Of a stretch of DNA of 61,950 nucleotides, positions 1 through 13,136 are shown one piece after another. Under the pieces are notes generated by a model, which ran no database searches, had not been told where the DNA came from, and saw only the letters and a list, made by a program, of their open reading frames with translations. Numbering within the stretch: the stretch's first letter is position 1; the number at the start of each line of letters is the position of its first letter. The stretch is from the NCBI GenBank assembly GCA_000320545.1, contig ADNK01002141.1, positions 1-61,950 on the forward strand. Direction: 5' to 3'. The stretch is from Bigelowiella natans CCMP2755 (taxonomy: Eukaryota > Protista > Cercozoa). Position numbers and translations under genes: made by a program.

Positions 1-218
1 TGGGCAGACCAGCAGCTCGTGTGCAAGATTTCTGTAATGATTAAATAAGGATCACTTTTCCTCCTCCACATTTGCCCCCTCCACTGCAGCATTCGATGTG
101 CCCCCTCCTCCTCCTCCTCCTCCTCCTCCTCCTTTTGCATATGTTTCAATTCAATAAGTTTGACATAGTTTATTTCTATCTGCATTTGTTCTATTAATGC
201 TGAGAGAGTGCCATACAC

Positions 219-249
<31 letters not shown>

Positions 250-871
250 TTCAAACCAGCGCCTGGAAGATTGAATTCGGTCACTAATCTTACACTATCA
301 TTATTACTACTACTACTACTATTACTACTACTATTACTACTAAAAGTCCTGTTGGCAGCCAGTCATTCCCCCATTCACTCATATATGTCAGCAGCAGCAG
401 TTTTATGCTATTAATGCCTTCTGTATCCTCCTTATCCTCCTCCTCCTCCTCCTCCTCCTCCTCTTTCTTCTTGACCACACTACTGCTACTATACTACTCC
501 TCCCCCCTCTACGTGTAATAACAACATATTCTCTACTCTACATTTCTCTTTCATATTATTATCACCATTGAGTAGTGTATTTCTCTTGGTCTCCTTCTCT
601 TGATGGTGGTGGTAGAGCTTTTGGTGGTAGTTTCTTTCCCATGGCTCTGGCTGACCATCTCCATTCCAAATTTCACGGTATAGCAAATGGGCAACTAGAA
701 ATTGCTTCTCAGCTTCATCAAATCTCCGCATTTTCATAAGAACTTGGCCATAACCGTGATGGGTGTTTCCTTTGGCCGGATCCTAGTAGAAGTAGTAGTT
801 AGTTAGTTTGTTAGTAGGTAGTAGGAGTATATCATATTACTGCATCAGAATATCATCCATCCTAATTCATA

Positions 872-902
<31 letters not shown>

Positions 903-983
903 CGATGTACCGTGTCGGTCAATACAACACTAGCAAGAAAGAAACAATTTGTCGTAGCGGTATACACTTAATAAAATACTCTC

Positions 984-1014
<31 letters not shown>

Positions 1015-1733
1015 GAGTACTCACCGTCTTTTCCAATAGTTTATTCTTGATACGAAGTGCATGTTTGAGCTCAATTGCCGCGTCCTCTACTTCTCCAGCA
1101 GCCAATAAAATCATGCCTAAATCGTGGTACTTTGAGGCTAAGGAAAGGCTGTCGGCATCACCAACACCATTCTTCGAGCTCTTGTTGTTGTTGTTGTTGT
1201 TGTTGTTGTTGAGAATCTTTATGCATTTTCTCAACATATCCTCAGCATCTGCATATTTCTGTAGCTCATACAGCTGCTGTGCGCCGATTGCGTATTCCTC
1301 TGCAGCCTCTGGCTTGAGATATCTCTCTTCGTCTCCTTCTTGGGACAAGAGAATGGCATCATCCAGGAACTCATTGCCCTTCTCCTCGCTCCCCAGCTTG
1401 AATAACATAATAGCAGCTCTTACAGAGATTCGAATCGCAGTATCTGAATTTGGGCTGTAGATCTGATGATGGTGATAATGATGATGATGATGATGATGAT
1501 GATGATAATGAGGAGGAAACAACAAGTAGTCATCATGCTGCTACTGCTTCCATGCAAGAAGGATGATGATGAAACGAGACGCTGATCATATCTATAACCA
1601 ACGTAATTCTCGTGCTGCTGTATAAGCAGTGGTGCACCATCATCCTGCCTCCTTTTGATGATCATGCATGAGGGATGATACAATAATATGTGGTCGAAGA
1701 AGAAGAAGACCACCCATAAACTACTACTATGAA

Positions 1734-1767
<34 letters not shown>

Positions 1768-3416
1768 GCATTATGCATTATTCTCATCATCCGTTATCAC
1801 CGTTACAACAGTCTTGACTAAATCTTCCAAGATTGCTTCCAATTCCTCTGCTTCGATCTCGATGCCAAAGCTACAAATCCCTCCCATATCGTCGCACAAG
1901 CCCTCTAATGCAGCTAATAGAGGAGCAGCCAATGCTCTCTTGTATGTCACCAGTGATACACCTGATAATTAAATAATACATTTAATTTAAGAACAAGCAG
2001 TCGTGTTATCATATTCGAGTAGGAGGCCATAAAAACTGCCCCACTGTGGAAGAATCTGGTGGAAAAGAGTAAGTAGTAGCAGGGATGGATGGAACATCAG
2101 TACTCGACGAATGGCTTCTTGCCTTGCATGCCCTCCCCCCCTTGAACTCCTTCTCACGCAGCTTTCTCACCCCATATATGATAGGGAAATTCCCTTGGTT
2201 TTTTGGTTGCTCTCGTTGTAGCCAATGGTGCTGTTGTTTTAGAACAACTGGTTGGTCTCTCTTATTATTATTATGTTGTGACCTTTCGATACTGCAGCAG
2301 CTGCTTGTGGTGTCCAGCCTGGGTCAACGTCCTTTCTTTTGGCACCGCACAATTGCAACTAAAGCAGCAGCAGCAGCAGCAGCAAGAAACAACAGAGAAG
2401 TGAGTGGAGAAATGAGTTCATAAGTCCACAAGCCTACTACTACTACTACTAGTAGTAGTACTCTACTACCATTACTACTGCTACAACTTCTACAAAGTCT
2501 TGCAGCATGCACTTAAATTCAATGCTGTCATATACTGTGTTGTTCTTCCAGCATATATGCAGCAGACACATTGCAGTAGATATGTAATGATATATACGTG
2601 TACACGTCGTGAGCACACACACGCACACGCACACGCGCACACACACACACAGACACACAAACACCTTACCGAGTTCGGAAGAAGTAGTTTACTATTGCTG
2701 CAAGATGTGCAAACCCAGTTATTGGCCAATTTCGATCCTCCTCCTCCTCCTTCTCCTCCTCTACTACCACCACCAGCATCTGGAAGAAAATGTTATTAGT
2801 AGGTGTTCTTCGGTGAATGACCATTATCATCATGTCTACATCACATATATCCCCTACCAACAAACAAACACCATCATGTCTACATCACATATATCCCCTA
2901 CCAACAAACAAACACTTCTTATTTTTTGGAGATGATGCTTAAGCACAACGATAAATTAACTACGAAAGAAGAAGAAGAAGAAGAAGACAAAAAAGAAAGA
3001 TCTTGAGTACCAGTTACTCGGATTAAACATGCCCACTGGTTCTTCAAGACCCAATCAAAATCATGTTGGTGGCTGCTATGTGTTTCTGCTGCTGCTGCCT
3101 CCTCCTCGTCGTCCTCCTCCTTCCCCTCCTCTGCTATATTCTTCAATATCCTTATACCATGCTTTAGACCATGACGCAATTTCTTCAATCCAAGTTTCAG
3201 CTTTTCCCTATTTCTGACTTTCATTACAGCACTGCTGCTGCTACTGTGCAAGGATTGCTTGGAAGTATTAACTTGGAAAGATTGATAGTTGAGAAGGATG
3301 TGGGAGAGAAGATGAGCCGATATCGTCGAGGATATGTCACGACAACCCCATGACTTAGATGATGATGATGATAATGATGACGATGATGATGATGATGATG
3401 ATGATGATGACGCTTC

Positions 3417-3455
<39 letters not shown>

Positions 3456-3660
3456 TTCAAATTAGTGAATCAACGTACGTGTGTACGTGCATATAAAATT
3501 CTAATATATAAATAATAATAACGACGATATTCTTATGTATGCACGTGTATAATAATATCAATATACGCACATAAAACACAAAAACGTACATAAGTTTCCA
3601 CAGCAGCATATGAATGATCACATGCATACAATCTCGCAAGAACAAACGACGACACAGTGA

Positions 3661-3698
<38 letters not shown>

Positions 3699-3741
3699 CA
3701 TTTCTAAACTAAAAATTCATGTATGATGCATATCATTGGAC

Positions 3742-3775
<34 letters not shown>

Positions 3776-4196
3776 TACAGCAGATGCATTTATTAATATA
3801 CTTCTCTATTTTCACTCTGATATAACATTATCATAGATCATAGGACCAGTTAACGTCTAGACAACAACAACAACAACAACCGAGGAGGTGGTTTGAGTGC
3901 TGGAACAACTGATAAGTCCATTCTAGAGCACTTTCGCCAGTATCATCCATATCAAGCAGACAACGGACAATCGTAGCTGAAAGACTAACAACGCAAGGAG
4001 CGTACATATGATTCTTCTCCTCCCCCTTCTCTCCATGTTTCAAACACCGAAGATACTCTAAAAGTTTCTTTGCTGTTGCGACCTAGTGTAGCAGTAGTAG
4101 TAGTAGAGATGATCACAATTTGTTTTATCAGGGATAATTACACAGAGGAGAAGTACGTAATGGTGTCAGAACGGTGTCACTTCCAGACCAACGAAA

Positions 4197-4252
<56 letters not shown>

Positions 4253-5310
4253 AAGAAGTCAACCTATTTCTGATAATAGTACTAATAAATAAGAATACCG
4301 TTTGCCTCAGATCTAATTCCTTCTTCAGTCCTCTCTTTCTAGTTTTTGCAAGCATTCGTGTTTGTGCGTCACACCAAAAGTATAGATTATCCATTGAATG
4401 CTCGTAGAGATACATGTCTTCGCTAACCTGATGATGATCAGTAGACAAGGAATAGTGGATATCATCCTTTAGTCTTTCTCTTCAGAAATGATTGATAGCG
4501 GTGATGATGATGATGATGATGACAATGATAATACATACGAACGATGAGTTAAAATACCGCTATATACTCGTAAAGCAATGAGCCGTCACAGCTGAGATAA
4601 GTCTTTTCTCTATATGCCTCGTAGTCAACATATCTTCTTATGCTCAGGGAATTATTTTCAGATTCATTATCATCAATCTGAGCAGCCTCGATTGCTTTCT
4701 CTGCATCTGCAATATTTTTGAATTGAATTATGCACCCTCCTCGAAGATTATCAGTTTTCATTTCTTGACCCCAATGTGCGTCCTGTTGATATGCAGTAAA
4801 GAGAACAACATATGAACGAATTAAGTGGATGATGATTCTAAAACGAAGTTGACGAAATCCAACGACGAATAACTCCAAACATATGAAGTGGATGATGTTC
4901 AAATAGACGTCGTACGATAAAATCAAGAGAGTTGAACCTACCACCGAAGCCATGCGCTCGATAGGCCCAAATTTCTCCATCATTTTTCTAATGCGATCAT
5001 ATTGCATTGATTTTCCTAGGCTCGTGACATAGATGGTGCTGTTGTTGCTGCTGCTGCTGCCTCCCCCGCCTATTGATCCAGCATTTTCAACATTAACTTT
5101 GTTCTCTGCACGAGCATCCATGTCCTCCTCCTCCTCCTCCTTTCCAAACGTTGGATGTTCAGGAATTGTGCAGAGGAGTTGAAGCACGGACCTACGGATG
5201 ATGATGATGATGATAATGATATTGAAGAGAAGTTTAGGAAGGACAGAGCCATCATATCATTTATATTTTGAGTGTTTTGGGTGTATTGTTTAACAGCAGC
5301 AGCAGCAGCG

Positions 5311-5346
<36 letters not shown>

Positions 5347-5893
5347 CGATGTGCATCTTTGTCCTCTGGATATCCGCGATACAACTCTAAGCATTCCTTC
5401 CAGGCCTTATTATTAGTAATGCACATTCGAATCAAAGATAAATCAGACAACGAATTCGATTAGGATAAGCTTTAGCATTATGCCCAGAAACGATGGTAGT
5501 TAACAATTATACAATAATAGGTTATGCAGCACCGTGAATGATTATGAAAGAGAATGCACTGTAATAGATTACGCAGCACTGTGAATGATTATGAAAGACA
5601 ACGCACTCTTTTCAGATCTCTTCCTCCTTTGATTTTCTTCTTCATATCCCTTAGCCTTTGCCTAACATCTACTCGAGCTGGTGCACCACAAAGCCCCCGA
5701 GAATTTTTGCAAGTTGCGAGGAGGAAGCTGCTGCAAATACAACAACGGCCAATCAATCAACTGGTGATTCTACAGGATAATAGTAGTGTAAAAAAAAATT
5801 ACACATGCCACGGGTTGTTGTTTGCCTGTAGTAGTACCTGAGTCCAGCCTTCTGGCTTTCTGATAGAACTCGACGGCAATTTCTCACCAACAT
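1..5893 (-). CDS. Multi-exon gene, 3' end outside window: RRM-like domain, Cys-rich segment and C-terminal TPR repeats; Arg-rich N-terminus resembling an organellar transit peptide
   Basis: ATG at 5893 (MLVRNCRRVLSESQKAGLR) then GT donor. RRM-like exons TIYVTSLGKSMQYDRIRKMMEKFGPIERM and RGGCIIQFKNIADAEKAI (4560-5050). WVCTSC at about 2700. TPR-like helices AQQLYELQKYADAEDMLRKCIKI, ASKYHDLGMILLAAGEVEDAAIELKHALRIK, GYGQVLMKMRRFDEAEKQF (700-1460). Could be two genes. Confidence 0.6.
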
Positions 5894-6169
5894 GTTGCGG
5901 CAGGAGCAGCAGCCTGCCTGGGTATTATTCTATTCTCTTCTATTGAGGAGGAGTATTTTGTGTCCTCTCCTCCTATTCTGTCGCTTCCACCCCTCCTAGC
6001 CACCCGTCATGCCACAACCGTAAACGCCGTGGATTTACGCAATTTAGGGTTAAAGACTTCATGTCGTCATCAAAGATTCGCACTGTTAAACCCAACATGA
6101 AACTTCAAGGTTTTTGCAGCGTGTTTTGACCATCACCACCGCTCTGCATTTTTCGGTTCAGTTAGCGAG

Positions 6170-7570
6170 CAACTGAGCCCTGAGGGCAACCACGGGGAGG
6201 TGATTCGCAAAGTCCCCGCCGCGCGCGCCTTCCCATTGACTCAAGACCTCTCCCACTCAGAGCAAAAACAACAAAGATTCCAGGTCCTTCACTCGGTGCC
6301 GAACCTCAAGGGAAAGTTGAAGCAGTCAAGCCAGTCAGGTCATCACAGCAGCCAACGCCGTCAATTTTTGGTCCATGATCGTTGAAGTTTCAGCTCGAGG
6401 CACCACGTTTCGCACTTTGCAAGTCTAGAAGTGTCGTGTGACACTTTGGTGATGCAGTCCATCATCAAGTTTCTTCCTTGGGTGCCCGCTTGTCCAGCCC
6501 GTCAAAACGAGTCACGAGCTAGCGAGTTGTCACGCCAGCCCAGCAGCACGTGCCAACGCCAACAACGACGGGGAACGAACTGAGCGAAGTGCTCGTGGGG
6601 ACTGTCTGTGATCCCACTAGTGTGCATGTCTGCAATGTGTTGATCGTGCCGCGAGTACACGCATTGCCAGTCTAGCAGTGGCGATGCATGTGTGTGCACG
6701 GGTGTGACAACGCAACGACAACACATTGGTGCCCAAATTGCTCTCATGCACGCTGGCACGCCAGCACGGTGAAGCTGCGACAAGTCGTTAGCAGTCACTG
6801 TTGACAGTGCTGCAACTGATGCAATGCAAGCTTTCACACAAAGGAAGCAACAGCGGTTGCACACAGACCGCACATCGTGGACATTCCTGTGTCCATTGTG
6901 CATGCTGTTGAAGGAAGCAAAGCTAGAAAGGCGCGAAGACCGTGTCGCACAAGCCACGTGCAGCAAGCACATTGGTGCCAATGCGCGAGCTGTCATTTGT
7001 GCGGATGATGCTAGATTTTGAACGATTTTCTCACATGTGAGCACCTGACAGAACTAGAACAAGAACTTGGAATTTGATCATGAAGGAGTAGGAACCACGA
7101 GCGTGTTCAACGCGCCGAGCGCACGGTGGTCAGTGATCACATTGCCAGCGGATAGGTCTAGAGGTGCGCATGGTGCACAAAGAAGACCAACCTAGTAGAC
7201 ATGTCATGACGAAATTTTCTGTTTTTTTTTTAATTGGAATGCGACTCTAGGACTGCACACGATGCTGGCTAGCTGGGACAGCTACTAGACAGCAGCAATG
7301 CAACGATCTAGCGATGAAGATCGGGCTAGCGGGCCTAGCTCATTTTGCAAACGGAAGTCCAGAAGTCTGATTGGATCTGGACGTGCGAGCGAGATGCGTG
7401 CAGAGAACGAAACGTGCAATCAATGAAGCCTAGAAGCGCAATGTGATTTTCTTTTTGCAGAATCCAATTCAGAATTGAGTGTGCGCTAGCCTTCACGGTT
7501 GAGGAAGAACTAGCCATGTGAGCCTAGATTCAATCAAACGATGTTGCACGCACTGTGGCTCGCTAGCTTG
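6170..7570. other. TpA-depleted, CTAG-enriched, microsatellite-free intergenic island
   Basis: Manual count: about 27 TA in 1.4 kb, about 20 of them in CTAG; abundant TGCA/CATG/TGTG/CACA. Confidence 0.9.
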
Positions 7571-7761
7571 TGCGTTACACTTCATTTTCGTGGTCACAAT
7601 TGCAAGAGTTTCATTTACGAGCTAGCTTCACAAGCAGCCGATTCTCACGTCATCTAGATCATTGTATGCTGACAGTATGAAAGGACACAACTTTCTTATT
7701 TACTTTGTACGTGCTAAATGTGCTTCGAGTTCAATTTTCGACATTGCACACGCTGTTATAC

Positions 7762-8120
7762 CTAGCTCCATATATCTTGGACATAACGTTTCTTTTTTAG
7801 CATCTCAACTACGTAACTTTTCGCTTCTGCATGTGTTAATTTTCCTTCTTGCTCTACGATCTTTATCACTGTATTCATCACATCCTTCGCCATGCGTGTT
7901 CCTAAAGTGTTAAAAATCAGTTCAAAATATCTTTCCGCCGAATAGTTTGTTTTTGTTGGTTACCGTCTCCACAAACAAATAGATATCCTTCTTTTTGAAC
8001 TAACATTCGATAAATCTGTAAATAAATGATAATGAAACATACGGCTTCAGTAAGATTACAATTAACATAATCAATTAATAGTAGACAGGGTTTCAATATC
8101 CCGCCCTCCTCCTTGTCCGG

Positions 8121-8158
<38 letters not shown>

Positions 8159-11100
8159 GCTGTCTGTATGTGCGTGTACATCGTTCAAGCACAATATCTT
8201 CTATTCACTCTCTCACCTCTTGAGCAGCTAACTCTAACATGAGATGCTGAACATAAGTCTTCTTGTCTTCTTTTTCACGAGAGAAAGCTACGTGCAACTT
8301 GTCAAGTGTTGAATCAGACTCAAAGGCTTCTAGTTCCTTTCCATACAAAAAGTCGCGATTCTTCTTTTGGCATCCAAAGAAAAGCATTGCCTCTCCTATG
8401 ATTCCATCTAGTTCCCTTTGATTAGTATTATCACTGCTGCTATTTTCTGAAGCTGCTGCTGCTGCTGGGTATGCTATTCTCTCATCCTCATCTGTTTCGC
8501 TGTCTTCGTCGTCAAGATGTTGAAAATCCATACCCCTCCATTCTCCAACTCCAAGGGCCTTACCAGAGATGAGAGCTTTGATCTGGTAACTTCTGTAGTG
8601 CAAAAATCCTCTAAATGGTGCGACTCCTGTCCCAGGGCCCACCATTACAATAGGCCTACCTATCTCACTGGGGTATCCGAAGTCCCCCCCCCTTCGTATG
8701 AATATGGGCAGAATAAGCGGTGGCGGCTCTAACTCCTTAGTCCTCCTGCTGCTACTTTTGTCGTTGTGATTCACTTCTGAATCATCATCACGATCACCTT
8801 CTCCGTTGCTCCTAACCCCCAACTTTTTTAAATAGTCATTCTCTACAATTCCACGCATAGAGCACTCTTTGTACAAAAAGTTAGTACACAATCCGCTTCT
8901 TCTTCTTCTCCTTCTTTGGCTACTGAGTTTCTCTTTGACTTGAGCGGCAACATCGTTTTTCGTAGACGACAATGATGATAACGGTGTTGAGAATGGATCA
9001 TCAACATCATATCTTACAAGAGAAAATGCAACATGTATGTCCGTTGGATGTGTGCTAGGCGAAGATGCAATAGAATAGTATCTCGGTAGAAGAGGAGGTA
9101 TAACCTGCACCAAATGATCCAAAGGGATCTTACAGCTAGAAAACCGTTCGAGGATCTCAGAAAGGGGAGGTCTTGCTTTAACGATGTGCTTTGCATACCC
9201 CTCTCTGCCAATGGGTGTCATCTTGCATAAGCTAAGCAAATAATCTTTATCTCTGGAATCGGTACAATGACTTGCAAGCACACGTAATACGGACTTCTTA
9301 GGTGGTGATGTGATATCCAAGCAGTATAAGAACATATCTCGAACAGATATGGGCAAGAATATATGAGATAGATCTCTCCCGCCCCTTCGCTGCCGCAACA
9401 CGGAAGAGGATGACGAAATTGGGGTCGGTCTTTTCATGTCTTCGTCATTACGAATGATATCAGTGATAACTTCGTTTCCGGTTAAGTTGAGACGTTTGAG
9501 TAGGCGGTCGACCTGTTGCATTTCATTTGGACAATGAATTCCCACACTATCACCAGGAAGATACAGCATGTTAGAACCACCACCACTGCTGCTGCTGCTA
9601 CTGCTACTACTACTATCATGGGTAGTAGTAGAGGAAAATGATGATGATGATGCCCCAGGAAGTGCCATTTCAAGGTGCAGAACATGGCGATAGTGGTTAT
9701 TTCCATCAATATTTGTTGTGAGAAGCTTTGCCCTCTTAACACGAGCATTAAATGGCGCGTCTGGACTCAGGCCTTGGCGTTCTTGCTCTTTTTTAACCAG
9801 ATGTGATTGAAGTCGTGACACCAGGCCCTTGTTTCTGCTTACGTGAATGTTATTTAAATCATCTGCATCCAAAACAGCCAAACGAAGTTTAATATTGCAT
9901 TTTGGGAGTCCACGAATATTAGTTTTGGAAGTAGTGGTTCTCCCAACTCCTCTAGCAGTACTGTCGCTTTTGTTGGTGTCTTCTTCAATAATCTTTCCCC
10001 TCTTCCCTCTTCTATGCTGATTGGAAACACTACTATCAGTCACATTTCTATCTTTATTTTCTTCCCGAGGGAGTAGTGCCTTCAATAAATCTCCCTGCCA
10101 ACTTTGAATTTTTTTAATATAATCCTTGTCCTCCTTGTCGACACATGTTAGAGTAAGTGTAGCGTGTACCCTGCTACCAACATTTTTAAGATATCGAACC
10201 AATTGTTTCGGTGCACCGCAAAAATTATCGTAGTTTGTGCTGCCAATTCCCAGCGTGACACAACGGACATTCTGCAGCCATTTGTCCCCTTGTGCTGCTT
10301 TGGCTTTTTTCATTCTAGTCATAAACCGCATTGCATTTGTTGGAGCCTCTCCAGGACCAGAGGTGCTCATTATCAGGATCAGGAGGGCAAACTCGGGGAT
10401 CTTCTCCAGATTTCTATCCATCTTACAATACTGCTTCATCGACATGACTTGCACATCTTTATTGCACTTGTTAGAAGAAGAAGAAAAAGTACTCATGATT
10501 CCCTGCTTAAGATTCAATGCGTGAGGCTCGGCGAGTTCATCTTCTTCCCCCACCAGAATAAGGATTTTGGAACTTCGGTCATCTTCAAGGCAGAACCAAG
10601 TCGTCTCCTCTTTCTCTACAGCTGTTCCAATTTGTGCGTTGGTCGCGACATTACGCTTGTCGGCAACACTTCTTCCTTGACTTCCTTCATTTGATAGCGT
10701 TTGTTCTGAAACAGTTTTTAATGCTGGTATCAAACCTTTTCGCCATGGCTCCACAACTTCATCGATGCCAGTGGCATCATCAGCATATCCTGCAACAACA
10801 ACAACAACAATGACAACAACAAGATTAGCTTAAGTGCTGTAACTTTGACGTATTCCTCCTCTTACATAATCATCACACTAGAAGCTGTGTACTAAATATC
10901 ATGATGCTCTCCTCTCGTTATGATCTAGTGTATTTTGCCGGTTGGTTGCACATACCCGTAGAGTAGAAACGATGGGCTCCGAGTCGTGCAAAGCTCGAGT
11001 CAAAAAACTTGCCTGAAACAAGACCCATGAAATTTATTTTCATCCAACTACCACTCCACAATAATTTTCATCATAATCTCCTCACCAATTTGATCGATCT

Positions 11101-12298
11101 TAGCACTGTCATCTATGTTTTCATTCTTTACCATTCACTATCATTAGAAGATTATAATAATATTTCACTGAACATTGGTCTGCTAGTTGAGCATCCACGT
11201 ATAGTCAGTAGTAGTAGTCAAAATAGCGTATGACTAACCCATAGCACAGAAGTCAGCGTAATTTGTGTCTCCAAGCCCTAGAATCGAAAAACTTAATCCC
11301 TTCAGCCATCTGTTAGTTATTAGAAGAAGAATGCCAATGATTTCTCATTTCCATCGTGTCCCCACTACTACTACTACTACTCATGTGACTACTCCCTTCT
11401 ATATTGTCAAATCATACTGCTGCTTCAGTGCGAGGAAATGGCGGAAGGAACAAAGAATCAATATTATAACCCAATTTCTTTTCTCCGTCTCATTTGCCTC
11501 CAGAAATCCTCAGCATTTTTCGGTGGGTCTCCTTTTTTTTGGCAAATTATACGTATCATTGTACGTATCAAAGATCACGTCTTGGCAAATTATACATATC
11601 ATTGTACGTATCAAAGATCGCGTCTTCTTTTGAATCAATGTTAGTCATTCATGCGCAGCTAGAACCTTGCCCTGTTGTGGACACAACTATCACAACGATT
11701 TTTTCGTCTTTTAACGCTTCGAACCCATTCTCAGTCATGTAGTCCCTCATTGAAAGGTATGAAGTTGATTCATGCCCAGCATCCTGGATAATGAACATTG
11801 ACAAGGAAGAACGATGAGCATCAAAACCAAAAAAACCACATGATTCACGAAATAGATTATACGAGACTACTTTTTCCTCCATTTGGTGATGATTCACCAC
11901 ACCATCGGTTCTATATTTCTTGTCACTTAATTAGTCTTTTCATATATCTGAGTCACCACTACCTTAGCCTCTTGCACGAGTAGGCCACATATCTCTTTCG
12001 CATTTCCTGTCTCAGTGCCGTATAGGAATAAAATCGGTACCTCCCTCCAGGTGGTGCTGCTACGTTCCCTAGCTGCTGCTAGGTTCTGCTCCTATTTTAA
12101 GTAAAAATAATCAGTCAAAAAGGATTTTGCCGTGGATTTGCATCTTACATCATGATCGCTTTTCTTCTCCTTTTTCTCTTCCCCAAGAGTTGATTTTGTT
12201 GGTATGGTTTGCCGTTTCCTGGCTTCTTCGCGCTTCGATTTTAACAACGCCTTCGCCTGTTGTTGTCGCCGAAGATTCTGTAGAATTGCCAGAGACAT
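7762..12298 (-). CDS. MTRR: Methionine synthase reductase (diflavin NADPH oxidoreductase) with two tandem flavodoxin domains
   Basis: Flavodoxin 1 spliced from small exons: FLYGTETGNAKEI, VVSTTGQGDPPKNAEDFW, LGLGDTNYADFC, GYADDATG. Flavodoxin 2: MSTSGPGEAPTNA, LGIGSTNYDNFC. FAD domain: YLPGDSVGIHCPN, PRYYSIASS, GLCTNFL. NADPH domain: MVGPGTGVAPFRGF, LFFGC, VAFSR, YVQH, LFVCGD. C-terminus RYVQDIWS* (stop 7764-7762) is MTRR-like. Confidence 0.85.
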
Positions 12299-13136
12299 TC
12301 TCTCTACCAGTAGCTAGAACTATGGATCCCTACGTTTGGGTTAGAAGAGGGGTGTAAATATTAAGTCTTTGACTCCTCAGGGACTACTAATATTGCTTGA
12401 AGTTAGTATTGAGTAATAACAATGTCGGGGGTGTGCTACTGCTGCTGCTGCTACTATAACTGCTACTATCACCACCACCACCACCACCATTACCGGTGAC
12501 CACCATGTGAATGTGCTAATTCTACTCGTTCTTCCAACTCTCTCATCAGCTACTACCACCACCACCAGCAGCAGCAGCATTACCAGGTGACCACCCCCCT
12601 GTGAATAATTTGGTAATTCTACTACTACTTTCCAACTCTCACACTCTTCAACAGCACCCGTATCCACCACAGACCAATTCAAGATCATGTCGTTTTACAT
12701 CAAACGTAGGCCATTTTTGTATTGTTATAACCCTATCTCATCCTACGACTTGTACATTTCGCACTGAGCTTGGATGGGAACTTTCCTCGCGTTGTTTGTA
12801 CTCGTACAAAAGAAAGTATTGTTATTCTTGGGTAATAACAGAAATAATAGCCGATGGCGATGTTCTTATCTTGATGTTCAGTAGTGTTGAGAAGGTTCTT
12901 ATCTTGATGTTCAGTAGTCTACGTAGTCTACGAGAAGTGTTGATTTCCTACTTCTTTTTCTTTTTCTTGTTCTTCTTCTTCTTCTCGATGATGATGATGA
13001 TGATGTTGTTGTCGCTCTTCTCTTGGAAAAAAAACTACCAACAACATCTGCGTAATTCTCCCCTGCCTCCTGAGCTGTCCCTTAGCATCAACAGGAACAG
13101 GGCACACGCCCTCCCCTGCAACATCCTTTTATTCAC

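Noticed and set aside
6043-6052. TTTAGGGTTA telo-box-like motif upstream of the first gene
   Set aside because: Single short match, compatible with chance.
6502-7044. 180-aa Cys/His-rich ORF, and similar ORFs at 15566-15898, 42845-43027 and 60527-61170
   Set aside because: Expected artefact of TA loss: TAA stops are depleted and Tyr codons become Cys/His. No domain or splice support.
6170-7570. Classical RIP or CpG decay as cause of the island composition
   Set aside because: RIP raises TA and lowers CA/TG, the opposite of what is seen. CpG is plentiful here, so CpG decay does not explain the TG/CA excess.
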